A stretch of 64,000 nucleotides of DNA, taken from IMG/VR virus record IMGVR_UViG_3300025769_000089; one strand, given 5' to 3'. The DNA is from an uncultured virus (IMG/VR IMGVR_UViG_3300025769_000089). Its lineage: Duplodnaviria; Heunggongvirae; Uroviricota; Caudoviricetes. This document shows positions 38,901 to 48,767 of the stretch, one piece after another. A program made the position numbers and the translations under genes. The notes under the pieces were generated by a model. The model did no database searches and was not told where the DNA came from. It saw only the letters and a program-made list of their open reading frames with translations. The first letter of the stretch is position 1. Every line of letters starts with the position of its first letter.

Positions 38901-41900
38901 TCCATGCCATCCTACTGCACCTACTGGTCTAGTTCGGTCTACAGCGTCAACAAATCCACTAAAGTGAACCTGACACATGTGGTCTCTTGAAGTGTTAGCC
39001 GAATCGTTATTGTGCCTATGAGTACCTGCCTTTGTCCACACATAAACCTCGTAAGTCCCTTCGGTGTCATAAGTAAATGCGCTACTGTCATCAGGGTTAA
39101 TTAAATTAGTAGAGCCTCCATCAGGACTCTTTGCTAATCTCAAAGTCAAGTTAGGTGAAGAATATGATGTACTTATGTAAGGAGCATAATGGGCATCAGT
39201 GCCGTCGCTAACCCTCACCCACCCGTAATTTGGTAACTTGTCATAACTACCGTCTATAACTAAAGTAGCAGGAGTGCCTCCGCTTTCAGTAGTGTAAGAA
39301 ACAATATCAGCCTTAACCCAACCATATCTATCTTGCTTGTGGGCATTTTGCATAGAAGGCATGAATGTACCACCCATGGCCTTGAGTGGGTCTTTGCCGG
39401 GGAATGTGTTGATTGACGCACTAATAATTGTAGCCAACTCTTCTGCGTTTTGAACACGAGTTGCATCAACAATCACTATGTTTTCATTGACTACCTGATT
39501 AGTAGGACTACCGCCATAAACTGCTAAGTAAGCCTGTGCTAACAAACCACAAGGTCTGAATGCAGATACATTGTGAGCCGCACCGCTACCAGTATCTAGT
39601 CTTACCCCTAGAGGGTGAGCAGGGTTTTTACTTACATGGTTGTCTAAGAAATGACCGCCCGGATGATATCCGCCATCCATGTGCCACACGACAGCAGATT
39701 TCCTTGTGCTCAAATGACTAGAACTACCTACTGCATTACTACTTATGTCACTAAATACATGGTTAAATGGATGATAATGCTTAGGTAAGTTAGCAGTGGT
39801 GGCTACACTACCGTCGTAATAGAAAGCCTTAGTGTTAACTTGATTGTAGTTTTTAGTGGCACTTGCATCTTCTGATGGAAAACCTTTGGTAGGTTGCCAG
39901 TTCATGACATAATTAAACCCAGTCTCATTGTTTTTCTGGAAGAAAGTAGTCATAGGTAAGTGAGCCTCAGCGCTACCTCTGTTGAAACCGCTGTGTTCAG
40001 TTAAGTCACCATTAGCCAATTGGTTAGGTAGGAATGTATCTTTAGTAGCATCGCTGTTGAAGTGAATAGGAACTGCGCTGTAACCGTTACCCAGTGTGAC
40101 TATACGAGAGCCCTGTGGTTCATGCGCCGCTGTATTGTGCGGGAAAGCCTGACCGGGTCCAAATATCATGTAGGTGGTATGGTCTGTAGTATCTCCTGTT
40201 GAACTATATCTGGCGTGAGGATGAGCAAACCTCAAAACAATAGGGCTAGGAATGTTTGCGTTGACGGTATTCGTTCCGTCGGTGTAATCTATTCCTGTGG
40301 CTTTATTATTAGCAGTCTTTGTCATATCGAATGTCAACAGAGCATCTTGATTGAAGAAAGGTGGATTATTCTGCCCTCGATGTTGGTCAAGGTAAGGTGT
40401 ACCGGGGAACATTGCCAACATAGCATTAGTGTCTAACAATGCGTAAGAGCCAGCCACTTCTCCTATATTCTGCATACCTGCGCTACCTGTCGGTCCAGAA
40501 GAATACGGATGCGTGTAGAACTCACTGTAATCGTTTTGAGTTCCATCGTTGATATCTACAACAGCACCACTAAATCCACCACCGAAGTACAACGGCACCC
40601 AGTGGTCAGGGCTGTCTCTACCGCCACGGAAATAAAGGAAAGGGCTGGCTTTCTTACTACCTGCTCTTCTAACGCCATCTATTTCTTTACCATATCCGTT
40701 GCTACTGTAAGACTTGAATATGACATCATGATTTGTAGGAGAAAAGTCTGCCGACTTAGCAATTAGGTTTACATGAGTAACGCTATCTGAACCCGGTTTA
40801 CTTCTAACCTCCGCCCAATCAGTCGTACTATACCAAATCAAAAACGGTTGGCCCCAACTGTTCGCATCGTTACTTGCTAATTTACCAAACAAAGCCCAAG
40901 ACTCATTACTAGCAGCATGAATCTCATTAGCAGTGATATTGTGTATTTCGAGACAAGGAGAATCTACTCTTGGAATAATATGGTCACCTGCTACATCAGT
41001 GAAGTTTTCCCCTCTGAGATTTCTTTGCCAAGTAGTAATATCGACCATGTTGTTTTGACTGTCAACTAATATAGGAGTAGCGGTGTTAGCATTAGAGCCT
41101 CGGTATTTAGTAGTGATATGTAGCACAGTGCTAGGGATGTAGCCGATGTCTAATCTTGTACCTGCATCTATTTCACCTGTGCTCAGACCGCCAGTATGTT
41201 TACTGGATACAACTGCATCGGTAGAAGCACCTTCCAACAACCCCCAGTCTTTGCTTCTTGTCGCCTCGAATAATTTACTCAAAGCCACCTTCCTGTCTGC
41301 TCTTGTATGAATTCTAATAGCGGTAGGACTTACTCCCCATTCACCGAAAGTATGCCCGTCTGGTGCGAACATGTCCGTACAATCAAAACTCGTAACATCC
41401 AACCCTTCTAATCCTGAATCAGGCATATTGATGGCGTATTCGACTGCTGCGGCAATCACTTCGTCAGTCAGTAAAGAAGTAAAATTGAGTCTAGGGCTCA
41501 TGAACCAATCACCGTTGGTATGGCTACTAGAGCCACCAATAACTCCAAAGAACTTGTGAGTACCACTGTAATCGTTATGTGTTCTACTAGTATAGTAGAA
41601 GTTTAGGCCTTGAACGCCACTTTGTGTAGAAAGTTGGAACATACCGCTTTCTGGGAAGCCAAGATAACCTAGTAAGTCTGGATGAGTTTGCATTACCGCT
41701 GGTGCACTTGTGTCGTAAGGGGCATCGAGCACTACAGTCATCGTGCCACTTGAGTAAGTTGTAGCAACTTTCACTCCGACGATTGGAGCAGGGTAATTGT
41801 TCCAAAGATTACCTTTTAATTTCTTAACAGTTCCACCAGTTTTTTCTCCGCATACTTCACCAGTACCCACCATGTGCCTACCGATAGTAAATCCACCCTG

Positions 41901-44900
41901 ACCTACATCTCTGTCATCAAAATGTATGATAACTTCTTCATCAAGTGTAGGAGGTAAGTATGTATTATCATTGGCAAAACTTTGGCCAAACTGTCTGTAA
42001 ACCATTCTGATTGTGTGGTTGTCTCCTCGGTGGTCGACAAACCTAAAGCCGTAAAGTGGATTGTTACCTATGTTTTCTTTCTTCATATCTGCTTTTGGAA
42101 TATAGCCGTCGTTACTACCATCAGTAGTGACTGTCATTGCATCTGATACATTTGACGGATTACCGTATTTAGATAGGAAATGATTTTGGGTACCGTCGTT
42201 ATCAAAGCCCCACTTACTTACATCAGGTGCCCAACCGGGTACACCTGCTTGAGTCAAACCACCAAAGTTAATTCTAGCCTTGGCTCTTGTACCTATCCTG
42301 AGTCCGTCTACTAAAGTAGAAGCAGGGCTCTTGGTTTCAAAAGACTCGTTGAGTACCGTATTACTATTCCTTCCGCTGACAACTTCTACATTTGCAGATA
42401 CTAATGCACCTGCGCTATCGGTTCTATCCGGTCCAAAATTCAAGTTGTTCAAGAATGGGTCACTAGGATTCTCTGGAGGTAAGTGCTCTTTCAGTGTCGT
42501 TATAGGCGCAAACGGTCTACCAAATCTGTTGATAGGCATAGGCGCAGGGTGCATATTTTCTCCGGTCATCTCGTCAGGCTGGCACCAATAGTTTCTAAAA
42601 CGCCCACCGTGACCTATCAAGAACTGCGGTCTGTAAGGACTCTGTGCCTTACTGCTATCTAGCCAAGTACAGAAATTGCGACCAGCAGCACCCGGAATAG
42701 TAGAGTGTATTACTATAGAAAAGCCCGGATTATCTTCTGAGTCAAGAACAACTCTTCCAAGATGGGCACGAACATATCCCATGTGAGTACCACGGTCATG
42801 GCTTGAAAACGCCTTACTTGGGTCCCAGAAAGGTGCAGGGTCGTGTGTTGAAGCAGTAGCAGCAAAGTCAGCATGAAGATGTGTGGCTGCTGGGTCAATG
42901 TTAGTGCTGTAAGCGTTTGATTTAGGTCCGGGGCTAGACAAGTCAAACTTAGAACTGTCACCTAAGAACTGGTCGTTTGGCCTACGAGAATGTGTTTTAC
43001 CATTCCTTGCACCTGCTTGATTGATTAGTCTGACTACTTCTCTAGCAGCCGATTCTATATTGGTCACACCATCTTTGAGTGCAACTTCTCCTAAATCTAC
43101 ACTAAGTCTTCTGACGAAATCCATATCAGTCCATTGGTCAAGATACTGCAATCTTGCTTCGGTGTGTGAAGTTAAGTCTAATACCGAGTTCCTAATACCT
43201 TTCATGGCTAAGAAAGCAGGTATGACTCTAGTACCGTCTGGAGTATCAAAGAAAGTAGAGGATTCTCTACTAGTATCGTCAATTACTTGATGCTGGACCA
43301 GTGCTTCATTTGCTGACGCTACTGCTGGATTTGTTCTACTGCTGTAACTGTCTTTGTCTATATCTGCTAACCCACCGACATTATGTTCCGATATTGCACC
43401 AGAGTAACTTTCATTCCAATCAGATGCGTGGGCGTAACTTGACTCAATAAAATCAGATTTTGTAGTAGTATTCATTCTCTTGTTTTGACTAGGGAAACCA
43501 GCCGCAACATCTAATTGAGTACCGGAATATTCCGATGTATTCTTAACTACACCTCCCTTAAAACTGTCTTCTTCGCTAATTCTGGCAGCGGCGGGACTTG
43601 ACTGAACCTGCATATGTAAATCTTGGAATGCAATAAATTCACGGTCATGTCCTACATCATAAAGTAATATTCTAACAAAACTATCTGTACACTGGTAAGG
43701 GTCTAGGTAAGCAACAACTGGTGCAGTTATCGAAGACCCTACAACTTCAAGGTAGTTTAGTTCAATGGTTTTGTTGATATGCTGTACTAAATTCTGAGCC
43801 GTTTCTATACAACTATTTCCGATGAGGAAGTTTTCCAATGGAATACTATCTCTTGGATTAGCATCTACTTCTCCTACTCCGCCGTTAAAGCCTTTCCAAA
43901 CCTCTGCTTCATTGAGCGTTCCTCTACTCTTACAGAACAAACCTTCAACTGCGTGAGGATTGGTATAGTGCATATTCATCCATATTGTATCGCCCTGCCT
44001 AAGTCCACCCGGACAGTAAGGATGTGCCCAAGCCCTGTTTAGGAATGTCTCCTTTACCTTTGGCCAAGTGCTTGCAGAAGTGGCGTACAAGTCCTCAACA
44101 TATATTTCGTCACCTGCCGAAGGAGTAAAGCCAGTGTCAGGACTGGTAATAGTCAGTGTGTTTCCTGACCTATTATTGTAAAATCCTCTCTTTACATTCC
44201 CACTAGAGTCTACCCAAGCAACTCTAAAATTGTAATCGCTGTCAGGACTCTTGATAGGGAAAAGACTAGCATCGTCTAGTTTTATAGAAGTAGCAGGACT
44301 TCCGACAACCAAAACCGCTTTCGCTCTAGGTCGCTTGCTGATAATCTTTGGTAAATGGGGGTTGGTCGAAGGACCAGCCCTTAACTCGATAGCACTGACA
44401 TACTGCTTCATTCCGTAGTCAGCGTTGCCACCTTGTGTTGTAACATTGGAACGGTCATAGTAAAACGACCTTCTTCTTTCGTAACCGGCACTAATCAAAC
44501 TTGGATTGTCAGCAATACTGTTGTAATTCATATCCTGATAACCCGGAGCAGGAGTAATGTGCGCCCCAACTCTGATGTCTCGCAGGAAGTTTTTACTGAA
44601 TGCGTGGTCGTCACCCGAATCGACTACGGTAAGATAATGGTTAGAGGTGTCTCTAGCGCTGTAAGTAAACCATTCTCCGTTAGCCAAAAATGCTCTTCGG
44701 TATCTAGCCTGACCACCTAAATTAGCAACTTCTGTAGGAGGCGCTGTTGGTATAGGGAAAATATTAGCATCTTCGACATATACTCGATAGTTAGCCGAAT
44801 CGTAAGGTCTGGTTACCTTGGTACCACTACGGTGCGTACCTCTTTGGATAGTGTAAGAAAACGGACCAAAAATCTCAGGGTCTTGAGGAGAGATAGCATC

Positions 44901-47900
44901 TGCTCTTCTACCGACTGGATTAGGGTTCCAAGAATGCGCTGTATGAGTAGCGTCTATGTGCAACTTCATACTGTTATCAGGACCGGGGAAAATACCCTTG
45001 TCTGGGTTGTCGAAGAAGAACTCCTCGAATAGAGGAATCTCGACAAGCGCACGAGTGCTTGCGTACTGACTACCTAATTGATAGTCGTGCTGGACTGTGT
45101 CTAGGCTCTGGAACAATCTGTCGTTGATTGTTGTCCCATCATTACACATTGACTCTTCACTAAACTTGTCGTCGACATGTAATACACTAGTCTCATCTAT
45201 TCCAGTAGCAGTGACCCAAGCGTTGAATGAATCTGCTTCTGAGCCATCTGCTAGTACAAATGTACCTGAACCTACGAGCCCAGTGCTGTTAGTAAATGTA
45301 AAAAGACTGCCTGTTTTACTGGTGTACGCTGCACTAGCAAACTGCTTTTGTTCTCCTTGGTTACCTGATAATTCAAGGTAAACTCTTCCTGTAGCAGGGA
45401 AACAATAAGTTCCCCAAGATTGTAAATCGTCAGCATTGTTGTTCAAAGGTAACACTGATATCTGCCTCTTTGTACCTATGCTGATGGTAGCGTTGACTTT
45501 GGCTTGACAATCTCTACGAGTGTTCCAAGCCAATCTGCTGAGTGGGGCTGGGTCCCAAGTCTCTTTGGTGTTTATAGCACCTTGACCGCCACCGCCAAGA
45601 GTCATTGTCACTACTGGAGCGCCCGGCATAATTTCTTTGACAATGTGGGAATCTGGGCTGGCCGAACCTTTTACACTAACAGTCGAGGATGCTATATCGC
45701 TTATCAGGCCATGCGCTCTGAGTATGGTGTTGCCATCAGTGTCGTCTCCAAAAGAAAGCACCCTTGCTCTCGACATAAGGTGTTCAATACTAATGACATT
45801 ACCCGAACCTGCATCAGTCACTACTTTTGATAATTGAGCAAAACGGTTCCTATCACAAGGCTGTATGACTAAACTGGTAACATTATTTCTTGACTTATGT
45901 TCTATGATATCAAAATACTCATGTACGATTGTACTTTGATTAGTACTACCTCTACCTGCTGATTGAGGCTCTATGAACAACTCATCATCATCGACAACCG
46001 CAGCGCTAGTTCCTGCACCTATAGTAATACTATTGGTAGTGACGGCTGTAACTGTACCTAGATTTGTTCCGTCTGCTTTGTAAATGATGTCGTCTACTGC
46101 AACTAATTGATTAGCAGTTCCTCCATCAACTGACATAGCACCGCTAGTAGAACTAGCATAACCGCCTGAGTTATTTATTTTCAAACCTATACGGTTTCTT
46201 CTACCATTAGAAGGGTCTCTGAACTTAACGCCAGCGACTTCTGAAAAATCATTTGAGCCGACCAAATTAGCCTTCACAAGTACTTTGTGGAAAGTAGAAG
46301 AGCGAGATGCTAGTTCAGACCTAGCCACTCTTATTGCTTGAGGAGTAGTTTGAGGGCTGTCAGTGCTGGTGTTAGGTAAATAATTAGTCGGACAAAGGCT
46401 GAGGTCTAGTTGGTCTTCACCTACATTACCTTCTGAGTCTTCACCCTCTAAGTCACCGTCATTGAAACCAAACATGTCAGGAGTATCGAAAGTAACCAAT
46501 CCTCCCGGCGCAACTATACCTAATGGCCTGACTGCAATTGAATCTCTTATCAAATCTATAATACGAGTAGAGCCAGTAACAACCGTACTTACATCAGGTA
46601 AGGTTTTACTTACTAACAACTTAGGAGAGTTATCTGCCATTTTGACTATAGCATTAGTGACAGCAGCGGCGTTGAAACTACTATTGTTAGGAGTTGCTGA
46701 AAATACAATTGTCTTTGCAGTGTGATTTATTTTAGCAGTTTGGTTAGTAACCGAGGAGAAAGGGCTGTGGCCGCCAATAGATATCTTATGAGCAGATATA
46801 ACAGCACCGTCTATTCCGAAAGATTTGACACTCTGCAAAGTAAGGGTAGCAGTAGAAATATTGGCAGTCAGCCTAGATGTAGCGCCGACATTGAAATGCT
46901 CACCTGTTCTATCAATGGCGTTGTAATGAATCTGTACAAACGGCGCATAGTCATAATCTTCTAACTCAGGTAAGATTAGTGTCGCTATCCTACTTTCTAT
47001 AGAAGGAATGACTGACTTGATGTTCGTACTAGAATCTGTAGAAGATATCGATTTAAGTAAGAAAGGCTCTGTATCAAATTCAGGCCCTCCAAGCGCTAGT
47101 AAACCTCTCTTAGAATCATCTATATCTGCCATGCCATTTTCTACAAATGTAGATATTCTTGAAGAAGATACTACATCTTTCAAAGCCATTGGTCCATGTT
47201 CGTCGAAACTGGACACGATTGAATTTACAGGAATAATATCTTTGATATTCCCAAACTGGGGGATGAATGTAGCACTTACAACATCACTACCAGCATCCAA
47301 CTTCTTTTCCACTAAATGTGATTCAGTAGGCGGCAATGCTCCCATAAACGGATGACTGCTAACATGATTGAGAATATGTCTACCTGTATGACCTATCAAG
47401 AAGTCTTGGCCCATGTTTGTAGTACTGGCAGAGAACTGATTGTACTCATGAGAGTCTATGGCCATGCTCATAGAGAAAACAATACCATGATTTTCAAAGT
47501 CACTTTCATCAATTATAACTTGCCCTTGCCTTTGTGAAAACTGGGTACCGCTACCTTGCGGTTGGAATACATTACCATTTCCGCCATCTACTATACAGTC
47601 GCCTGTAATTACTACGAACTCACCTGCATCGTGAGCCATCAGTAGCCCTCTTCGACCATTACTAGAAGCAGCGAAATCAAGATGGATAGATTCGACTACT
47701 ATGTTACCAGTACTAGTTTCTATAGAAATTAATCTAACTCTTTCAGGGGCTTTATTGGTAGGCTTACCCGTCTTTATATCATAGCCTAAAGGATTTATCA
47801 ATAGGTTGTAAGGCACCTTTGGAATGGATATGTCACTAGTAGAAGTCGCTGCATATTTTTTAATGGAGTAATTACCTTGATTTGGAACTTGGGTATTGAT

Positions 47901-48767
47901 AGTAAAGTTGACAAAATTTAACTCGCTTTGTCCGGTCAACTCTTCTATTAAGGTCGCTGCTGCTGTAGAACCTATAGAAATTGTAGATTGACTGGTGCTT
48001 GCTGTCAAAGCAGGAGTTTCTACTCTCGTGGCAATAGGATTAATTGGCTCTTCAAATCGCCACAAACCAAGAGTACTATCGCTTTTTATTGGAGCGAAGT
48101 CACTTCGACCTGATGCTTTTGCGCCTGCTGACAGATGTATAGTCTCAAGCGTTCCTCTGAAATCTCCACCTCTACCGCCTAGGAACATCTGGCTTTGTTG
48201 AGGTACTAATTGATGCTCTTCTTCTAATGTCTGTTGAACTAACAGGTCGCCATTAACATGCATGCTCAATACTTTTCTATCAAATGTAACAGTGACATTG
48301 AGTAGTTCTCTTGTGCCGTCAGTAAAGGCACTGACATCGTTACTGTTCTCATCTGAGCCTAGATTAGAGCCTGTGATTACTGAATTGACTGACGGGAATA
48401 GAACACCATCCCAGTAGGCCAAATCGCCATTTGCTTTGTTGACAGGTTTGGCGCTAGTCAAAGTGTATACTGAGTCTCTACCAGTGTTCTTGTTCTGTAA
48501 TCTGATTTCAAAAGTAGCAGGTGCAGGGCTACTTGGTGCGCCTACGCTCAGCCTCATTACATTGTCTTGCTCAAATATTGTACCGCCACAATCGGGTACG
48601 AACCATGTTTCCAAAGTAAATGAATTCATTGTAGTCGGCAACCGCTTGCGCTCAACAGTTTGTTTGCCGTGTAAGTTAGTGTTGTTAGTCGGTACGAGAA
48701 CGCTGTCGCTGATACCGTTGAATTTCATACCATATCCTGCATTTACTAGTAAACTCATATCATACAC
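32991..48767 (-). CDS. Giant (5258 aa) virion tail/adhesion protein with N-terminal LamG/ConA-like domain
   Basis: Uninterrupted 15.8-kb ORF; SFTLETWF...VTFD...HVNG...LGG...FRGTLE...GLWRFEE LamG pattern; located in tail block. Confidence 0.8.
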   Translation of the reverse strand: MYDMSLLVNAGYGMKFNGISDSVLVPTNNTNLHGKQTVERKRLPTTMNSFTLETWFVPDCGGTIFEQDNVMRLSVGAPSSPAPATFEIRLQNKNTGRDSVYTLTSAKPVNKANGDLAYWDGVLFPSVNSVITGSNLGSDENSNDVSAFTDGTRELLNVTVTFDRKVLSMHVNGDLLVQQTLEEEHQLVPQQSQMFLGGRGGDFRGTLETIHLSAGAKASGRSDFAPIKSDSTLGLWRFEEPINPIATRVETPALTASTSQSTISIGSTAAATLIEELTGQSELNFVNFTINTQVPNQGNYSIKKYAATSTSDISIPKVPYNLLINPLGYDIKTGKPTNKAPERVRLISIETSTGNIVVESIHLDFAASSNGRRGLLMAHDAGEFVVITGDCIVDGGNGNVFQPQGSGTQFSQRQGQVIIDESDFENHGIVFSMSMAIDSHEYNQFSASTTNMGQDFLIGHTGRHILNHVSSHPFMGALPPTESHLVEKKLDAGSDVVSATFIPQFGNIKDIIPVNSIVSSFDEHGPMALKDVVSSSRISTFVENGMADIDDSKRGLLALGGPEFDTEPFLLKSISSTDSSTNIKSVIPSIESRIATLILPELEDYDYAPFVQIHYNAIDRTGEHFNVGATSRLTANISTATLTLQSVKSFGIDGAVISAHKISIGGHSPFSSVTNQTAKINHTAKTIVFSATPNNSSFNAAAVTNAIVKMADNSPKLLVSKTLPDVSTVVTGSTRIIDLIRDSIAVRPLGIVAPGGLVTFDTPDMFGFNDGDLEGEDSEGNVGEDQLDLSLCPTNYLPNTSTDSPQTTPQAIRVARSELASRSSTFHKVLVKANLVGSNDFSEVAGVKFRDPSNGRRNRIGLKINNSGGYASSTSGAMSVDGGTANQLVAVDDIIYKADGTNLGTVTAVTTNSITIGAGTSAAVVDDDELFIEPQSAGRGSTNQSTIVHEYFDIIEHKSRNNVTSLVIQPCDRNRFAQLSKVVTDAGSGNVISIEHLMSRARVLSFGDDTDGNTILRAHGLISDIASSTVSVKGSASPDSHIVKEIMPGAPVVTMTLGGGGQGAINTKETWDPAPLSRLAWNTRRDCQAKVNATISIGTKRQISVLPLNNNADDLQSWGTYCFPATGRVYLELSGNQGEQKQFASAAYTSKTGSLFTFTNSTGLVGSGTFVLADGSEADSFNAWVTATGIDETSVLHVDDKFSEESMCNDGTTINDRLFQSLDTVQHDYQLGSQYASTRALVEIPLFEEFFFDNPDKGIFPGPDNSMKLHIDATHTAHSWNPNPVGRRADAISPQDPEIFGPFSYTIQRGTHRSGTKVTRPYDSANYRVYVEDANIFPIPTAPPTEVANLGGQARYRRAFLANGEWFTYSARDTSNHYLTVVDSGDDHAFSKNFLRDIRVGAHITPAPGYQDMNYNSIADNPSLISAGYERRRSFYYDRSNVTTQGGNADYGMKQYVSAIELRAGPSTNPHLPKIISKRPRAKAVLVVGSPATSIKLDDASLFPIKSPDSDYNFRVAWVDSSGNVKRGFYNNRSGNTLTITSPDTGFTPSAGDEIYVEDLYATSASTWPKVKETFLNRAWAHPYCPGGLRQGDTIWMNMHYTNPHAVEGLFCKSRGTLNEAEVWKGFNGGVGEVDANPRDSIPLENFLIGNSCIETAQNLVQHINKTIELNYLEVVGSSITAPVVAYLDPYQCTDSFVRILLYDVGHDREFIAFQDLHMQVQSSPAAARISEEDSFKGGVVKNTSEYSGTQLDVAAGFPSQNKRMNTTTKSDFIESSYAHASDWNESYSGAISEHNVGGLADIDKDSYSSRTNPAVASANEALVQHQVIDDTSRESSTFFDTPDGTRVIPAFLAMKGIRNSVLDLTSHTEARLQYLDQWTDMDFVRRLSVDLGEVALKDGVTNIESAAREVVRLINQAGARNGKTHSRRPNDQFLGDSSKFDLSSPGPKSNAYSTNIDPAATHLHADFAATASTHDPAPFWDPSKAFSSHDRGTHMGYVRAHLGRVVLDSEDNPGFSIVIHSTIPGAAGRNFCTWLDSSKAQSPYRPQFLIGHGGRFRNYWCQPDEMTGENMHPAPMPINRFGRPFAPITTLKEHLPPENPSDPFLNNLNFGPDRTDSAGALVSANVEVVSGRNSNTVLNESFETKSPASTLVDGLRIGTRAKARINFGGLTQAGVPGWAPDVSKWGFDNDGTQNHFLSKYGNPSNVSDAMTVTTDGSNDGYIPKADMKKENIGNNPLYGFRFVDHRGDNHTIRMVYRQFGQSFANDNTYLPPTLDEEVIIHFDDRDVGQGGFTIGRHMVGTGEVCGEKTGGTVKKLKGNLWNNYPAPIVGVKVATTYSSGTMTVVLDAPYDTSAPAVMQTHPDLLGYLGFPESGMFQLSTQSGVQGLNFYYTSRTHNDYSGTHKFFGVIGGSSSHTNGDWFMSPRLNFTSLLTDEVIAAAVEYAINMPDSGLEGLDVTSFDCTDMFAPDGHTFGEWGVSPTAIRIHTRADRKVALSKLFEATRSKDWGLLEGASTDAVVSSKHTGGLSTGEIDAGTRLDIGYIPSTVLHITTKYRGSNANTATPILVDSQNNMVDITTWQRNLRGENFTDVAGDHIIPRVDSPCLEIHNITANEIHAASNESWALFGKLASNDANSWGQPFLIWYSTTDWAEVRSKPGSDSVTHVNLIAKSADFSPTNHDVIFKSYSSNGYGKEIDGVRRAGSKKASPFLYFRGGRDSPDHWVPLYFGGGFSGAVVDINDGTQNDYSEFYTHPYSSGPTGSAGMQNIGEVAGSYALLDTNAMLAMFPGTPYLDQHRGQNNPPFFNQDALLTFDMTKTANNKATGIDYTDGTNTVNANIPSPIVLRFAHPHARYSSTGDTTDHTTYMIFGPGQAFPHNTAAHEPQGSRIVTLGNGYSAVPIHFNSDATKDTFLPNQLANGDLTEHSGFNRGSAEAHLPMTTFFQKNNETGFNYVMNWQPTKGFPSEDASATKNYNQVNTKAFYYDGSVATTANLPKHYHPFNHVFSDISSNAVGSSSHLSTRKSAVVWHMDGGYHPGGHFLDNHVSKNPAHPLGVRLDTGSGAAHNVSAFRPCGLLAQAYLAVYGGSPTNQVVNENIVIVDATRVQNAEELATIISASINTFPGKDPLKAMGGTFMPSMQNAHKQDRYGWVKADIVSYTTESGGTPATLVIDGSYDKLPNYGWVRVSDGTDAHYAPYISTSYSSPNLTLRLAKSPDGGSTNLINPDDSSAFTYDTEGTYEVYVWTKAGTHRHNNDSANTSRDHMCQVHFSGFVDAVDRTRPVGAVGWHGERYSYFNSLDLGSNTYAAGLGAWHPFLGFNPYGAAETCLTGSAPVTVTGETAANTFTSDYCVTGLASRHLIVISHESELPLIAKADRNGTNCTGDLLIANQTDRHDGVGTIAWDTTKIHNKDRYVGPATAGPHVEVQIHSSQFVPVVAEDYPAGNALPADNKWHRAFQSGDMVRANACRYPTGDLFWDESLLPSNTLHESQGTYATECVGITGQDHYLDSAANQGHTGLFGYYNKRSAARNFLPEHVVWKRMDGGSLTMPAVNARGLGMIPWVKRKDSGVTDYKLVGEKILGNVRFSFETTNAAMFPIIQAQELGHPQLAEQHPLEVRNALLIPNEHLQFDSLQVVDDTGQEHRIEGGSPFGTVIMDFRHISDREIEGLAPALAGAGVNPNLKIRLPNPDEVPGNIVIRSGFDRIQGYQNETIGSGGLQHPAQNITQIRQMFDHEYAGPRLWPTWENNGWEHLSQDSDDISLAQANSRLKFPASNKEGWHDHTDNNPLKSSFEPHDRSLYFHVTRMGTTMTHRYDLDEKEYRGISGTDLQVNLTPEASVWLDTSQLSGGRYFLRVYNPATDKGVIASYTGTGSKKFTGVVYSPEFEQFITDNDDGTNNLRVVPSYYVPAGTTRMFAARRLRDHSEYSGASPDMKKIDWHDMYTNMQTSADDFRIPSTPHNYISSPRMTPMPIPRMGHHYVTPSMALMPGHYAHPAYQRIYDLHTACKSSSYSPFDSDLIGTIEASRLGLDSEDVTAKGFTRDPLLWFSAASAAYGPSDIHGGAFTLLTETKLKYEGYGIAASVGTNAGDINAAGGHTLVLEAAATYTMNNHFPDPLEVGAYQIIIQPNVFKQQLQGFHQNHSNAVKAPSEAGAKVTELTGQQVNTVIAIEKNVNTRGAYALILAEAMMADVRGCEVILNEVILDIDPDPGSQFASLPPLALYNPLGVQESTSPSFTRRSLPYRPGMFVSSTPGRTLTIPWWSILHKDGATASGANKFKHLEWYKPDNYYELCRAGYGAVGAQITLAGYPTSFLDIYEPHKRVRSLNPHCVVMYGEVRSGEILVDNADLFPVYPYFGEVLEYTRDGKRYTASYTDVRGTLATGSLGQPVAFDGVTEITAGFWANINTNEAIILKLSRPYDNDTSDALYLDSETSLLTRNLPQLANGSRDTNSLHPADAFLCMWHPNLGRPFTWYSDDSSRAIYTKAGAADTPVDQKPYNHVPEHFETIHYHDFNYVASKGPFALGMKWPAPPRDHDNDSGTALSHDGTVYTASEIDALTDGSGTLNHQGGTVGSNKYNFFGFWPGGSHGGGAVSRLESYGHSLMGWGSDTFGMDCETYQDSTGVATLSLPNDRNRCFGYRMAVRQLYNRPRWSPYIRGWLEVADSNAMLGYYNGPLIQQDSKTNGWDYVGSVSGQVDVDFDALYVGILERITQVSSLLGQDQLGRQVRYSDGRRMTGPFGCPVRTARNASTVTRFFPNDEEGQGIEELSQAHRHYMVDWWGNTRGEDVRRFPVRGFGLRPSWDPEDAYKDTNVGHRPAASGLFGGDGNDRQSGNANTVNNDGTNMGTVDWFNPASMLRVGDRGDGRGCRWPTVFNESLLMAVSENHDATGLVLSSNTAEPVYGQGLVRPSNEILQAGEIERGISDRVDLDSDDGLLKPSAHVGEAIETVNADTRGAEPVSRDDVRLGLDVDTIAELNDGVSREYIVMSTEAHSLHTDREVGQRTNIRGAYNFGSRTLKDLDMTALNWSAAPVTGVVKHSDAHAMWPLGGTYVIDWNKHAGNLDVTGWGKDGVTTSSNPYQDSNHQHPLKENLNHSDSNIQFLYRPAFGLDFKHSQMFRSYVALKGSSPQENSNFYRATAGGKYGMFTSDAPGARTGTPSNPPYAPVYTVDPATSTTVPVSQGPNIPGVDVTGYDKSDITSPVARMVMSENTLEHFRADASRRSIDDDEGDYSVQPRHSQTLHPKGSKEDASYNTGDHSGE

